DNA from: the human T2T-CHM13v2.0 reference genome, Homo sapiens
Strand: one strand, 5' to 3'
Assembly: GCF_009914755.1 (NCBI RefSeq)
Contig: NC_060928.1
Length of the DNA stretch: 64,000 bases
Below are positions 27,891-41,989 of this stretch, in pieces. The notes under the pieces are model-generated. The model had not been told where the DNA came from and ran no database searches. It worked only from the letters and a program-made list of their open reading frames with translations. Every line of letters begins with the position of its first letter. The first letter of the stretch is position 1. The position numbers were made by a program, and so were the translations under genes.

Positions 27891-30800
27891 GACTGGCATT
27901 AATCTTTCTTTAAATGTTTGGTAGAACTCAACAGTGAAGACATCCCTTAACAAATTATTGTCACTATTGTTAATTGTCTTTTAACATTCATACTGGAGAT
28001 ATAAATTATTGTCACACGACAATTACAGTATTTATTCTGAACTTGACCGTGGACTTACTTTTACCAGTGAGTTTTATACTTTCATGTTACTAATTAGCAT
28101 CCTTTTATTTCAGCTTGGAGAACTCCCTTTAGTGTTTCTTTTAAGACATGTCTGGTAGTGATGAACTCCCTTAGCTTTGTCTAGGCAAGTCTGTATGTTT
28201 GTGTTTGTGAATTACAGCATTGTTGAATACAGTATTCTTTGTTGGCAGGGTTTTTTTCCTTCAACACTTTGAACATGTCAACCCAGTCTCTCCTGGACTA
28301 CAAAATTTCTGCTGAAAAGTCTGCTGCTAGCATTTTTGGAACTCCCTTGTATGTGATTTGCTTTTCTCTAGCTGCTTTCAGAATCCTCTTTTATTTTTGA
28401 CAGTTTAACTATATGTCTTGAGGTAGTCTTGTTTGGATTGAATCTGATTAGAACTTTTGATCTTCCTGTACTTATTTATACCTTTCCCCAGATTTGGAAA
28501 GTTTTCTGTTGTTATTTAAATAAGCTTTGTAACCCTCTTTCTCTTCTCCTTGAACTCCTATACCTCAATTTTTGTACTTTTGATGCTGTCCTATAAATCC
28601 TGTAAGCTTTCTCCATTACTTTTCATTCTTCTTTTTCCTCCTCTAACTATGGAAGAAATCTGTCTTCAAGTACAATTATTTTGCTTGATCAGTGCTTCTA
28701 TGGATGCTCTCTACTGCATTTTTCATTTTATTCATTAAATTTTTCAGCTCTAGAATTTTTTATTTTTTTAATAATTTCAATCTGTTAAATTTCTCATGTT
28801 GGTCATTTGTTGTTTTCCAGAATACACTGAATTATTTCTATTTTATTGAGGTTTGCTGGGCTTCCTTAAACAATTATTTTTTAATTCTTTTTCAGGCAGT
28901 TCATGTATCTCCATTTCTTTTGAATCAGCTACTGGAAGGTTATTTTGATACTTTTGGTAGTATTAAGTCTCCTTGTTTTTTCACATTTCTTGTTGTCTTA
29001 TATCAATATCTGTACAATGAAGAGGTAGGGACTGATTCCAGTCTTTGTAGACTGGCTTTATTTGGGAAGCACTTCACCAGTCAGCCTGTCCAATCTGGGG
29101 AGGCCATCTGGCATGGTGCACAGGCAGGCTTGCTGCTGGAGTCCTCAGGGAGGCTGGCCTGGTATCTGGGTCAGCAGGTAGGCAGAGCTCAGCTGGTGCT
29201 GGAGCGGATGTGGAAGCCTAGGTCTACAGTGGTTGGTCTGAAGCCTACCTAGAATCACAGGACCTGCCCTGAAGCCATGGGAGCTGACCTAGATGCTCAG
29301 CATATGGGTGCTGGCCTGGAACCTGGGTCCACAGAAATGGTCTTACAGCCTGGGTCAATGGGAGCTGGTATAGTGCTGAGATGTATTGGGATGGTCCTGA
29401 AACCTTGGATCTCTTAAATATGGGGTTGCAGCAGCCAGCCTGGAGGGTGGGGCTACAGGGAATGGCCTTGTACTGGGGCAGACCTGAAGCCCAGGGCTGT
29501 GTGGGCCAACCTGGCTCTCAGCTGGTCTGAAACCTGGAGAGGGCCTGAAGCTGGGACAGCTTGAAGCCTGTATCCACAGGTGCCTGCCTGTGACAGCCAG
29601 CCTGGTACTAAAGGTAGCTCTAAGCCCAGGGCCACTGGGGCCAGCCTGGCCCTAAGACAAGTCTAAAACTTGCATCAATTGGGTCTGGCCTGGTGGTGGA
29701 GGTTGGAGGAGCTGGAACCTTGGGCTGCAGAATCCTGCTTAGTACCAGGGTAGGCTTGGACGCTCAATCCATAGGTACCATCCTGGAGTCTGGGGCTACG
29801 GGGGCCTGCCTTGCACTGAGTTTCACTGAGGTGGGCCTGGTGTTGGGTTCTGAGGCAAAATCTTTTGCTTACTGCCCTCTTCCTCCCCTAAGCAAAGGGT
29901 ATCTTTCTCCACGTGCTGCCTGAGGTTGCAGGCTGGGGGCAGTAATATAGGTCATGTAAAACTGTTCTTTCTACTCTCTTCAATGTGTTTTTTCTGATTT
30001 CTCTGCTACATCCAGGTGCGGTCATCTCTCACCTGGTTTCCTTAGCTTTTATTAAAGTATTTTTGTGCAAGAATAGTTGTTCAATTTATGTTTCTGTGTG
30101 AAGACAAGCACTGGGAAGTCCCATTCTGTCATTTTGCTGACCTCCACCAATACACAGATTTGACTTTTAAGGAATTAAATTTCTATACAAATCTTCAACT
30201 TCCATGAGATTAAGGATCTCTTTTCCTACCTTCCCCTTCACAATCCTGTACAGCAGAAATGCCATCTCCCACACATCTGAATCTTATTATCATCATTACC
30301 ATTACCTGAAAAATCCTCTGGGACCAAAGGGACAATTTGACAACTCTTTTTAATAGGTATGCCACAAAAGCTGCACCCCTTCCCATCTACTCATCTCATT
30401 AACAATAATTATTTACACAATAATTATTAATACTTTATTTCCAATAAAATACTTTTACATATTTAATAATCACTTACAAAAAATTGTAATGAGTCTCTAG
30501 ATTCATTTCTTTTCAATAAACTGATGAAGCAAATACAACTTACCAGCTCTACATTTCCAAGAACTTAAAAAAGAGGGCTTCAGAAGTAGACATTTGTATA
30601 TCTTGAGAAGCAGTGGCACCTCTTTAGCTTTAGCTCCCATTGATACTGGCTAAGGAGGAAAAGGGAGCTAAAGTCTCTGCTAAAAGGGAATTGCAGAGGG
30701 TGCTATACACATTTTGCTGCCTATACTGGTAGAACCTGTTTGGCTTGGTCATTTTGTTTGAGGATTTTTCCAAGTTACTTCACTCTTTATAGACAAGAAG

Positions 30801-31082
30801 AAACATATATCTAATGAATTTTAATTGATTTGGGCTCTGTAAAATATCTTCTGCTTTTCTTATCAAATCAAGCTAGAATGCATAAAAATTATCTGTCAAG
30901 CTATCAACTGCTGAGAATATGGCTGAGAAAAAATACAGACAGGGTAAGTAGAGACCGTCTGTTTTAATCTCTAAAAAGAATGCTCCCTCAGTTTCTTGCC
31001 TCCTACATTTAAAAAGATTCTGGCAGCAAACATAGTACTCTGGATATAAGGAGATTTTTTTTGGTTTATGTATGTTTGATAT

Positions 31083-31467
31083 TGTTAAATCAAGTTAAGC
31101 CTAAAGCTACCTCTTTTACATATTTTAAGTTCAGCCTAAAGGTTTCTCCATATGTAGTAAACTAACCTAGCTGGAGACAAACAGACTGTATCCACCCTTG
31201 TGCCAATGACTGAGTTTTGGCCAATCAAATGTGGCCAACTGTTCAAACCATGTTCAAATAAGTCAAATGCTGAGCTATAACCAATCCAGTTGTTTCTGGA
31301 CCTCACTTCCATTTTCTGTGCACCACTTTCCTTTTTCTGTCCATAAATCTTCTGCCATGCAGCTGCACTGGAGCCTCTGAGCCTACTCTGGCTCAGGAGG
31401 CTGCCTGATTCACGAATTGTTCTTTGCTCAAACTCTTTTAAATTTAATTCAGCTAAAGTTTTTAACA
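31083..31467 (+). mobile_element. MER57-type ERV1 solo LTR
   Basis: TG...CA, 4-bp TSD atat, several CCAAT boxes, match to recalled MER57 consensus. Confidence 0.85.
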
Positions 31468-31571
31468 ATATTTTTCATATTAAAAAATAAACTTAAAAAA
31501 AATTGCCACATTGTCCTAACTCCCAATTTTTCAAAGTAAATCAAAGAGCACTTTTATAAAACTACTGGAAT

Positions 31572-32279
31572 TGAAACAGCCTTTGCAAAAATTACAAGTG
31601 AGAAAATTGTTAACAGTGAAAAAGATCTGATCTAACCAACCTCCATCTTGCCTTTAACCTCCAAACTGCCCTTAGGTATTGCTGGGTTTGGGTCAAGCTA
31701 ACTTTGGGAGAAATTTAGTTTTTAGTTTAAATGATAATACTACTTCCCCAAAAGTAAACCATCTTTTAAAGCTAATAAAAGACCACCAGGTTAGGAGATG
31801 AGAGGAGCCTGAATCCTCCCAAGGTGTAAACATAAATGATTACCAGCCACTATTCCAGAAGTCACAAGATTTTCAACTTCCCCAGTTACTCCTGCAGATG
31901 ACATCGCTATTGTAGAACCTAAGATTGGCCTTTTGAGATGTCTTTTCAGGTTTTTGCATTTCTGACTCTCAATGGCTCCACCTGGACCCACCAACCACCT
32001 GTGTGCTCCCAACCAGAAGTGTACTTAACACACTAGGACTATCTTCCACACCCCTATGATTACATCCCCAACGAACTGGCTGCACCCATTGCCTTGCCAA
32101 CCAAACTATCCTTAAAAAACTCTGGCCTCTAAATTTTGAGGAAGGCTGATTTGTTCAATAATAAAAGTCTCCTGTTCAGCTGGCTCTGCATGAATTAAAC
32201 TCTTTCTCTATTGCAATTACCCTGTCTTGATAAATTTGCCTGTGGGCAGCAGGCAAAATGAACGCATTGGGTGGTTACA
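31572..32279 (+). mobile_element. LTR8-type ERV1 solo LTR
   Basis: tgaaacagcctttgcaaaaatta...gggtggttaca, 4-bp TSD gaat. Confidence 0.85.
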
Positions 32280-32781
32280 GAATTGCAAAGTGGTAGACTT
32301 AGGCCTGAATTTTTAGACTCCACAGCCACTTATACATGTAATCTTCTTCTACTTCCCCTTTCCTTCCTTCTGCACCCACTTCAGCCAAATCCTTTCTATA
32401 ATTCTGCTGAGGAAACATGACATTAATGACTCATTAAGGGTTGAGAATGAGTTACTTCCTTCCACCTCTAAATTTCTATTCTTGGCTTTCTGGGTTGGAA
32501 TTTTTTTTTAAAGTACATTTCTATACTGAGTCTTCTGTGCCCTAGTTTCCATACACAGGAGAGAGAAACCAAGCTTAGTGCTTCTTACTTAATAGTCTGG
32601 GTGCTTTGTAGAAAAATATATATATATGTATATCTGGCTCAGTGTAAGTATGTGTACCTAGGAAGTCCCTATAACATTTACTGCCCATATCATTCTTTTG
32701 TTATTTATGTACCATTAACACATTTATTTGTCTTCTTGTGCCTATATATTATTTCCTAGAAAGTAGGTCAAGGACTATGAG

Positions 32782-33330
32782 TGTCCTGCTCGGGGTCAGG
32801 TTCCAGCTCATGCTGGGGTCCGAATAAGTGGATGAGCAGGTAGCTGAAAGAACACTCAGGGGCATATGCAGGTGAAAGGTAGTTTTACTCAGCAGCTCTC
32901 TCATCAGCAGCTCACTCACATTAGCTCTCTCACACTGTTTGCCTTGTCTTGACTGCTTAGTCCAGCAGCTCCCACACATAGCTACATGGCCAGCTCTCCG
33001 TTCAGGGTCAACAGCTTAAATCTCTCTCTCTCTCTCTGGGTGTGAGCAAGACGAGCTGTGTCCTGGCTCGCTCCTGTCCATCTGCAAAGATGGACAGCTC
33101 TGGCTCTCTCTCTCCTTCTCTGGGTGCAAGCGCACCCATACAATGTCAGCAGGGCAATTATATCTTTTACAGACAATAGTGGCTTACAGCCAAATGATGA
33201 ACCTTCTCATGTTATGGCTACATGGCTGTGATAACAAGTGGAGTTATATACCTGCGCTGTAAACTCGCTGAGTCATTCTGGACGTTTGCCTCGACCTATC
33301 CTTGATCAAAGCACAGCCATGTTCTTTACA
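32782..33330 (-). mobile_element. LTR18B-type ERVL solo LTR, sense to PAPSS1
   Basis: Minus strand starts tgtaaagaacatggctgtgctttgatcaaggatagg; 5-bp TSD atgag (32777-32781, 33331-33335). Confidence 0.82.
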
Positions 33331-34887
33331 ATGAGTTACAATTATCCATATTTTCCACAATGCCCAACCTCCTTTGTTACTAGTCAGTACTCATAAAAGT
33401 TAGATACAAGACATTTATTTTAAAGTATGGTTTGTTTTCTCTGTGTAACTTGCAAATGAAATGATGACTGATATTTGGAAATCTTAAATCTAGCAGAAAT
33501 GGAATAATTCATTGCAAGGCCATTTAATATTTACTACATTTAGAACTAAATGACTAACAATCCTGTCACTAGGCTAATATTGCATGTCCTCTGATATTTG
33601 TGGTATGCATTTTCTGTACATACTACAAACTTCCATCCTCATCAATGACACAAGTGGCCCTTTTTGACCCATCTTAATTTCCACATGGCCGTTTTGTTAT
33701 TTTATCCACTTGCCTGTAAGGAAAATCAACTTCTCTGTGATGCTACTTAGAGAATTTCATATTTTGTGAATTTTTCATCATTTTATAAAGAATTGTGCAT
33801 TTTTAAGTGAAATGTATAAAGACACAAAGCATATACCAAATACTAAGCATAATTGTGGACTTCAACATCTTTCATCCATCCTATCACCCACCCTAAACTG
33901 ATAAACAGTGTATTCCTCCAATGAGAAATCCCTGAAATGGTAACAGGCACATTTCTTTTATGTCCCTAGACACAATATGGATGAAACTGTAGAGATCGTA
34001 ACAATATGGATAAATGAGAGACTGTAGAATACAATGAAAAGAAATCTTTAGTTCACAGAGTTCTTGATAATTAAAACCTTTAGTTCACAGAGTTAACTAA
34101 TAACTGAAATTAATATTTTAAATATTAATAAGTCAATGATAAAAAGCAAGTGAAGATCATACATCCCTGGAGGATGTTGAGAAAACAACTTGAAAAGGCT
34201 ACTCTTAAAACTTTGCTACTACAAAATATGCTGTGTGGCAACACTGGCATGGCCTGGCTGCTTGTTAGGAAGCAAATCTCAGGCCCTACCACAGACGTCC
34301 TGAATCAGGACTAAGTTACTAGCATGCTTATCTCATCAGTACCATCTGTCATGCATACACTCTGCATACACATTACGGCTCTCCAACTATTCTGTTAAAG
34401 ATTAAAGAACTTCTAAATATTTAATAGGTTTTTATATCAGTACCTTTAATGGAAGGGCCCTCCATTCCATTACCTCCAACTGGGAATTCCGGCCCTAAGA
34501 CACTCCTAGAAGTCAGAATGGGCCTGGGACTATCTGTTCATTCATTATTTGTTGTTTGATCCTTTCTAGACACTCAGGACACAATAAAAACAAAAACATT
34601 TCATAAAAAGAACTAGTTATACATAGGTAAATAAAGAAATCATTCATCTGTAACAGACCCTGTCTCCTAACACAAACACAGTGAGGCATTCACCACACAT
34701 ACAAGGGAGGTTCAGAGACTGGGCAGCCAAAATACACTAATGTCCACCTCAAAGGTTGAAATTAACTATTAAAACCACATAAGACTAACCACAAAAACTT
34801 ATGCACAAATGTTCATAGCATTTATTCATGATAGCCAAAAAGTAGGAACAACCTAAATGTCCACCAACTGATGAATAAAGAAGATGT

Positions 34888-35193
<306 letters not shown>

Positions 35194-35265
35194 TTATTAT
35201 CCATACAATGGGATTTTTTTCTTCAACCATATAATGAATGAACTATTAAAAAAAAAAATACAAAA

Positions 35266-35462
35266 TGGAGTCTTGCTCTGTTGCCCAGGCTGGAGTGCAG
35301 TGGCATGATCTCAGCTCACTGCAACCTTCGCCTTCTGGTTCAAGCGATTCTCCTGCCTCAGCCTCCTGAGTAGCTGGGATTACAGGCACATGCCACCATG
35401 CGTGGCTAATTTTTTTCATATTTTTAGTAGAGACGAGGTTTCACCATGTTGGCCAGGCTAGT
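35266..35462 (-). mobile_element. Truncated AluS lacking normal poly-T tail
   Basis: tggagtcttgctctgttgcccaggctggagtgcagtggc...ttggccaggcta. Confidence 0.88.
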
Positions 35463-35773
35463 TGATACATGTTGTAACATGGATGACGCTTGAAAACATT
35501 ATCCTAGGTGACAAAAGCCAGATACAAAAAGCCATAGATTATATAATTTCATTTCTAGGAAAGCCCACAATAGCATAATCCATAGAGACAGAAAGTACAT
35601 TATTGGTTGTCAGGGGCTAGGAGAAAATGCAGAGCCTGGGGAATGACTACTAATGGGTATAAGGTTTCTTTTTGGGGACATGTAAATGTTCTAAAATTAG
35701 ATTCTGGTGATGGCTGTACAACTCTGGCTATACTAAAAACCACTGAATTGTACACTTAAAAATATGAAAGACA

Positions 35774-36124
<351 letters not shown>

Positions 36125-36291
36125 CTAGAGAGAAGAATAAGAGAAAACAGCCTGCACAATGGCTGCATTCATCCAAAGACAGATACTGAATTTCTCTACA
36201 TAATGTCTGGTATTTCCACCATCATTATTCAGTTAAAATTTAACAACTGTGTCTTTAGGAAAAGATATGTCACAGAAACGATTACCACCGA

Positions 36292-36714
36292 CAAGATTTC
36301 TCTCCTTGATCAAACTAGGCAGGCTCCTTCTGAACCCTCTTTCAACTGGGCCCTATCCTCGGGCACGTCTTCAAGAGTCCAATTTTAGCAGAAATCCCCC
36401 ATCCTCCATAGCTGACCAAACTCTTCAAGCTGCACCATCCCCCAATGATGTCTGATCACCTTGGCCTGCCTGCCTTCAGCAAGAACCCTGTTAAATCGTT
36501 TTAGTCAGAATACTCCCTAATTCTTAATGTTTCCTCTTAGTAATTTTCCATCCACCGACCCCCACCCTGCTCCCTCACCATAAATTCCCACTTTTCCTTA
36601 CTGTATTTGGAACTGAGCCCAATCTCTCTCCCCTTCGGCAAAACTCCACTGCAGAAGTCTCTATAGCCACTGCAATAGTCTCCCTGAGAACATTCTCTCT
36701 ACTACCGCTTAACA
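36292..36714 (+). mobile_element. MER31-type ERV1 LTR
   Basis: gacaagatttctctccttgatcaaact...cagcaagaaccctgtt...tcctcttagtaattttccatccaccgacccc. Confidence 0.7.
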
Positions 36715-37361
36715 CCAAAAAGAAAAATCACTCCCTCCATTTGAACTAATTACTTAATCTGATTTCAAAACAATTCAGGATTGGGGTTTTCCTGTCTTGT
36801 TATTGGTATGCTATGAGTAACTGATCCATCTCAGAGTAAGAAATGGCAACTTCCAGGCTGATGGGGGAAAAAAATGCCACAACAATTGGATTTTTCAACT
36901 GGATTTTACATTTGCATTTCAGATTTAAGAATTTTTTTTAGAAATTTAGGTTTTTTTAAGAAATCTTTTCCAATAGATGTTAGAAGAATTATCCCCCTCC
37001 ATACGCAAGTAGAATAGCCAAAATTGTCTCCAGAATTGCCAAATGCCCCCTAGGGCTGGTAAAATCTCACGATTGAGAACCACTGGCATAGAGAACTACT
37101 CCTCAAAATTCAATGTAACACACCCAGGCTGGGAAGCATATTGACACTTCAAATCTGAAGAAGCAACTACGCTAAGGGGAGGCTAATACTGCTGGACATG
37201 CTACCAGAAGCCAGGGTGCAAAACTGCCCAAAACTAAAATCTCAAAGTATCCACTCACTCTGGAAACTTCCTGTTCTTGGGAACAGAGTAAAAATACCTG
37301 AATACATAAACACACAGATAAGTAGAAAAAAAAAATAGCAGCCATCACAAAGCTTCATCTA

Positions 37362-37557
37362 GATCTGCAATGTCCAATAGAGCTTCCTGAGATGATGAAA
37401 ATGTTCTATACTGTGCTGTCCAATTCCTGTGGCCACTAACCACATACGCAGCTCTTGAAACGTGGTTACTGCAACTAACAAATAGAATTTTTTACTTTCT
37501 TAATGTTCATTAAATTTCAGTTGCCACAAGTGGATCGTGAACCGGACAACACAGATC
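37362..37557. mobile_element. MER3-type hAT MITE (MER20-like end at about 37000-37087 and MER33-like at about 39340-39590 nearby)
   Basis: ctgcaatgtccaatag...gatgatgaaaatgttcta...ggacaacacag terminal inverted repeats. Confidence 0.65.
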
Positions 37558-40500
37558 TAGACCTCACTATCATTCGTCTTATTGCTGTTATTGGTAGAAG
37601 TTTAAGTTTCCCTTTTCATCAGGCAATTTTTTTAGTATCATCTTCCCAGGGTAGAAAGATCAATTCTCTGTTAAACCTGGGGATGGGGGAAATAAAAGAC
37701 CAATGCCTGCCCCTGACCACACCCAGGCCAATCCTCTGAAGGACAAGTACATTGGCCTCTTGTTTGGCTGTCTGTTCCACTTCTCTGTTCTTATTTCATT
37801 TTTGTATCATCTGAGTATTCAGCTAAATCCAGAATGTGCTGCTGGCCTTCTACGAAAAACATCCACATATAAGGAGACAAGCTGTTTGGGAAAGATAGAA
37901 TTGGTAAAAGGGAGAATTATTTCATTCATTTATTTGGTTTAATTAACTGTCTCCCAGGTAGAATGTAATATCCATGAAACAGGACACTTTTCTGTCTTTT
38001 TACCACTGCATCCTCAGGACCTGGAACAAAGGCACATACAAAGTTTAAGTGTTAAATATTTGAGGAGCTAATAAATAATTAGAACAAGAATAGTACTCAT
38101 GTGCCAGGAACCATAGTTTTATAAATATATTAACTTCTTTAAACCTCACTATAACCCCATATGGTATGCACCATTAGCCTCACTATGAGTTATGTTTTAT
38201 TATCTCATTACAGATGAGGATATTGAGAGATGAAGGAGTTAAATAATGTTCCCAAGATCACCCAGATGGTAAGTGACAAAACCGTAATCTGAATCCTCCC
38301 ACATATGGAGCTTATTCCGTTACTTAAGCTTTTGTAAGATACTAATGAATTATCTAAGGATTTCAATATCAGAGCTACCGAGCTACTTTGCATCTGCCCC
38401 TTATCCCCAATTCTGTTATATCAGGAAAAGCTCAGTGTAGATACAAAACATCTATAATGAAGTATGATCACAAGATACATAATAGCAGAGAGAATGCAAC
38501 ATAATGCAGAAGAGCACAAACAATTCAGCCCACGAGCAAGTGAACATATGTACCTATGAGGGCCACACATTTGTTAAGGTAAAATGGTCCAAGGCTCTAA
38601 ACATTTCAGCCCCTGACAAAGGGTAACAGGCATCCCAGGGAGAAGGAAAGGCTTGTGTAAAACCATGAGGATGTATGATATGGACAGAAAGTTGGGCTGG
38701 AGCTATGGAAATTCAGGGAGTTGTGAAAGGTGAATGGAAAAGCAAACCAGAGACTGCATATGCTTCTTAATGTCACGTCCAGTTTCAAACGCTTCTTTTA
38801 GGACACTACTCCACTGTAAGGCAGGTCCAACAGGGTTTCAGCCCAATATGATTCTACAAAATGGGTGAATGACACCTGGGCCTGAACTGAGTGTCCCAAA
38901 TTTCCCTCAGCCCAACTAACACATCCCCAAGGGCAGATGAAAACTGGTCCCATTGGAGAAAGATTCAATTGGATAGAAAATGATATTCATTATATCTGAC
39001 GCTTTATCAGACTGAAGTAAGAGGCAGCTCCAAGAGCAAGTCAATTTCTTGGTTTTTCTTTACTATTCCCACAGGTATATGGACAACTTTAACTTCCTGT
39101 AATTCTAACCATTTCCCAGAGCTGTAAGACTACATTTTCCCATCTCTTTGCCTATTGTCTCCCACGAGTACACTTCCTTTACCTAATCCTTAACAGGAGC
39201 TATTATCCAAAGCTTAGTATTTGGTCTCACATTTACTTTCCTTATATTCTTTAACTCAAATTTAACTATGAAACCTTTACTTCCAACCTCAGCACAACTC
39301 AATTTCTGTAACTATGTTATCCACATGTCCCTACTATTTGAAAAGTGGATAGTATGAAGTGAAATGTGTACTAACTGTAAAAAAAAAAAACTCCAGATTT
39401 CTATAACTCTTTATTAATTATGATAGTGTTGAACTTATATTAACATTGAAAAAACACTGAAATGATAGCATTTGGGATATAGTAGGTTAAATATATTATT
39501 GAAATTTATTTCGCGGTTACTTTTTACTTTTTAATGTGGTATCTAGTAAATGTTGAATTATATACATGGCTCATATTTCCTCTATAGACTATCTCTACTA
39601 AGGCTGTCCCTCAAATGCAACAGGTTTAAAATGGGTCCAGCACTAACAAGCTCCATGACATCTCTGTGCCTCAGTTTTGTCATCTATAAAATGCAAATGC
39701 TAATTGTAATAGAGGATGATAACAGTAAGAGCTAACTCTAATTGTCACAATATCCCTGTGAGGCTATCATTCTCATTTTATAGATAAGCACATAGAGGCA
39801 TAGAGAAATTAAGTGACCAACCAAAAGTTACATAGTTAATAAATAGTGGAGTCCAGATTTCAGCCCAGGCAGTCAGCTCCAGGGTCCTGCTTTTAACCAC
39901 TGTCTCTCATAATATTCACCCTCAGAAATGTAACAAAAACTCAATGGGCTAATATAGGTAAAACATTTCAAACTGTTCCTGGCACACACTAAACTCTCCT
40001 TTGTGTTTAACTAATATCACCCTTACCCCCGTGCCCAACCTACTTCCCAATTTCCACACAGGTAACAACCTTTCTCCCCACTTCCCAGACCAAAACTTCA
40101 GGATCATCTTCTAACATTCCTCCCTTTTTCATCCCCTAAATCTAGTCGGTCCTCTCAACTCTTCCTTAAATGTTTTTAATGCAGCTACTCCTCTAGTCCC
40201 ACTGCCACCTTACCCCAGCCCTTCAGCCCCTCACACTGGATGAATTAACAAGAACATAAATAGTGCTCATGTGCCAGGCAGGCTTCAAATCTATTAATTC
40301 ATTTAAACCTTACTATAACCTTGTCTGGTCTCCAGGGCTTCCCCATCTGGGTCCTACCAGGGTCTACATTTCTTCAGCGGAACATTCTTCCTGGATTACC
40401 AATTTTATCCTGTGATAGGAATTTTAAAGGTATATGGGTTCTTCACACTTGTGCCTATTAAGATGATTTAAATATGAGAGAGGAAGAGATGACGGGTGTT

Positions 40501-41989
40501 CCATGAGGGAGAGAAAAATTTACAAGGATCAGAAAATTTAAAATTCTAGCCCCATCAAAAATCCCCCATAGAATCAAGACTTCTCTGCAGCCAAACACAA
40601 GAGCATCACGGAGCCCCAGCCTCCCTATTGAACCTTACCTCCACTTCCCAACAAAAACTCTCCAGGGCAGTCAAACAAGTTTCGTCAATGTTTCTGGAGT
40701 AAAAAAAATAGTAATTTTTATTCCCAACACTTATCCATGCAGTTCCCCTCTGACTCAGAAATCTGAAATCCTCCATAAACCCTCCCAAAACGCCCAGGCG
40801 AAACTAATCTCTCCTCTAAATTGCAATAAAACTTCTGTCTTACGCCACTCACTCTGGACCACAAAGACATATTCACCACTTGGCAAATGTCACAACCCCA
40901 ACACAAACCATGAACTACCAGAAGGCAAGCAGTAAGTCCCACATTTTTCACCACCATGTCTAGCACAAGTCTCTACATAGAATACGCACCATGTGGCAAA
41001 TGTTAATAAATAAATGAGTACATAAATGGACAATGTAACAGAAATCATCTGTAAATACCCCAAGTAAGCCAACCTTATTTCCCTAACCGTGAAACACCTT
41101 AAGGTAAGAGAAGCGAAACTGAGTCTGAGTTTCAAGGCAGTGGTTTCACCGCACATTCAAATTCATGATCTGTCTTCTTTGTTCATCAAAACAATCCCGT
41201 GAAGTACATACTATTATACCCTTAAGTCAACTGAGGTTCGAAAAAGTAAAGTGACTCTCCTCAAGATCACACAGCTAGTAAATGGCAAAGCTGGGATGAG
41301 AGACCAGGCCAGGAGTCCAGCGCTCTTTCCACTGTTCTAATTCATCTTTTAAATCTCCTTCCCCTCCTTACCATCTATAGAGTTAAATAAAAGGAGAGAG
41401 GAATCAGTAAACAACTCATGATAACAATAACAACAGATGTGGTAAATTAATGACTTCCAAAGAACATTTGCCTGAAATTGCTTGTTTTTTTTTTTTTTTT
41501 CTTTGATTCATCTAGGGCAAGTAACGTTTTGGGAGACATTGCATTTAAACCTTATTATTCCATTGGACTGTGAAATAACGTTTCCGTCTAAACTTAAACC
41601 AGTGCCTTTCCAGACTCCAAAGATGGGCCCTTCCCTGCTGCACACTTACAAAGGAAGATAAGGCTCTTTCTCATCACAGAGAAATTAAGGAAGTAAGCAA
41701 CGTTATGAGGACACAGCACTTTACAAAGTCAACTGGCAGTCATTACTAAACGTTATAAAGGACTGGTCCCATACCTGACTGTCACCAGGAATGGAGTCTT
41801 CCAAACTCCTACTTGTTAAACATTCCGATTTAACACAGAGACACAAAGAACCTCAGTTCAGGGCAGTCTCAACTCATGAATGACCACATTGTTGGGTACT
41901 CTCCTTTCACACTGAAACTCAGAAATGGAAAGACACGGAGATGGACCCAAACCTGGGCCAACCGCACTGGCAGAGCCAAGAAAAACCAA

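Noticed and set aside
28692-29252. 186-aa and other hydrophobic ORFs (e.g. 10027..10545)
   Set aside because: Antisense L1 or L2 low-complexity translations without domain motifs or splice support
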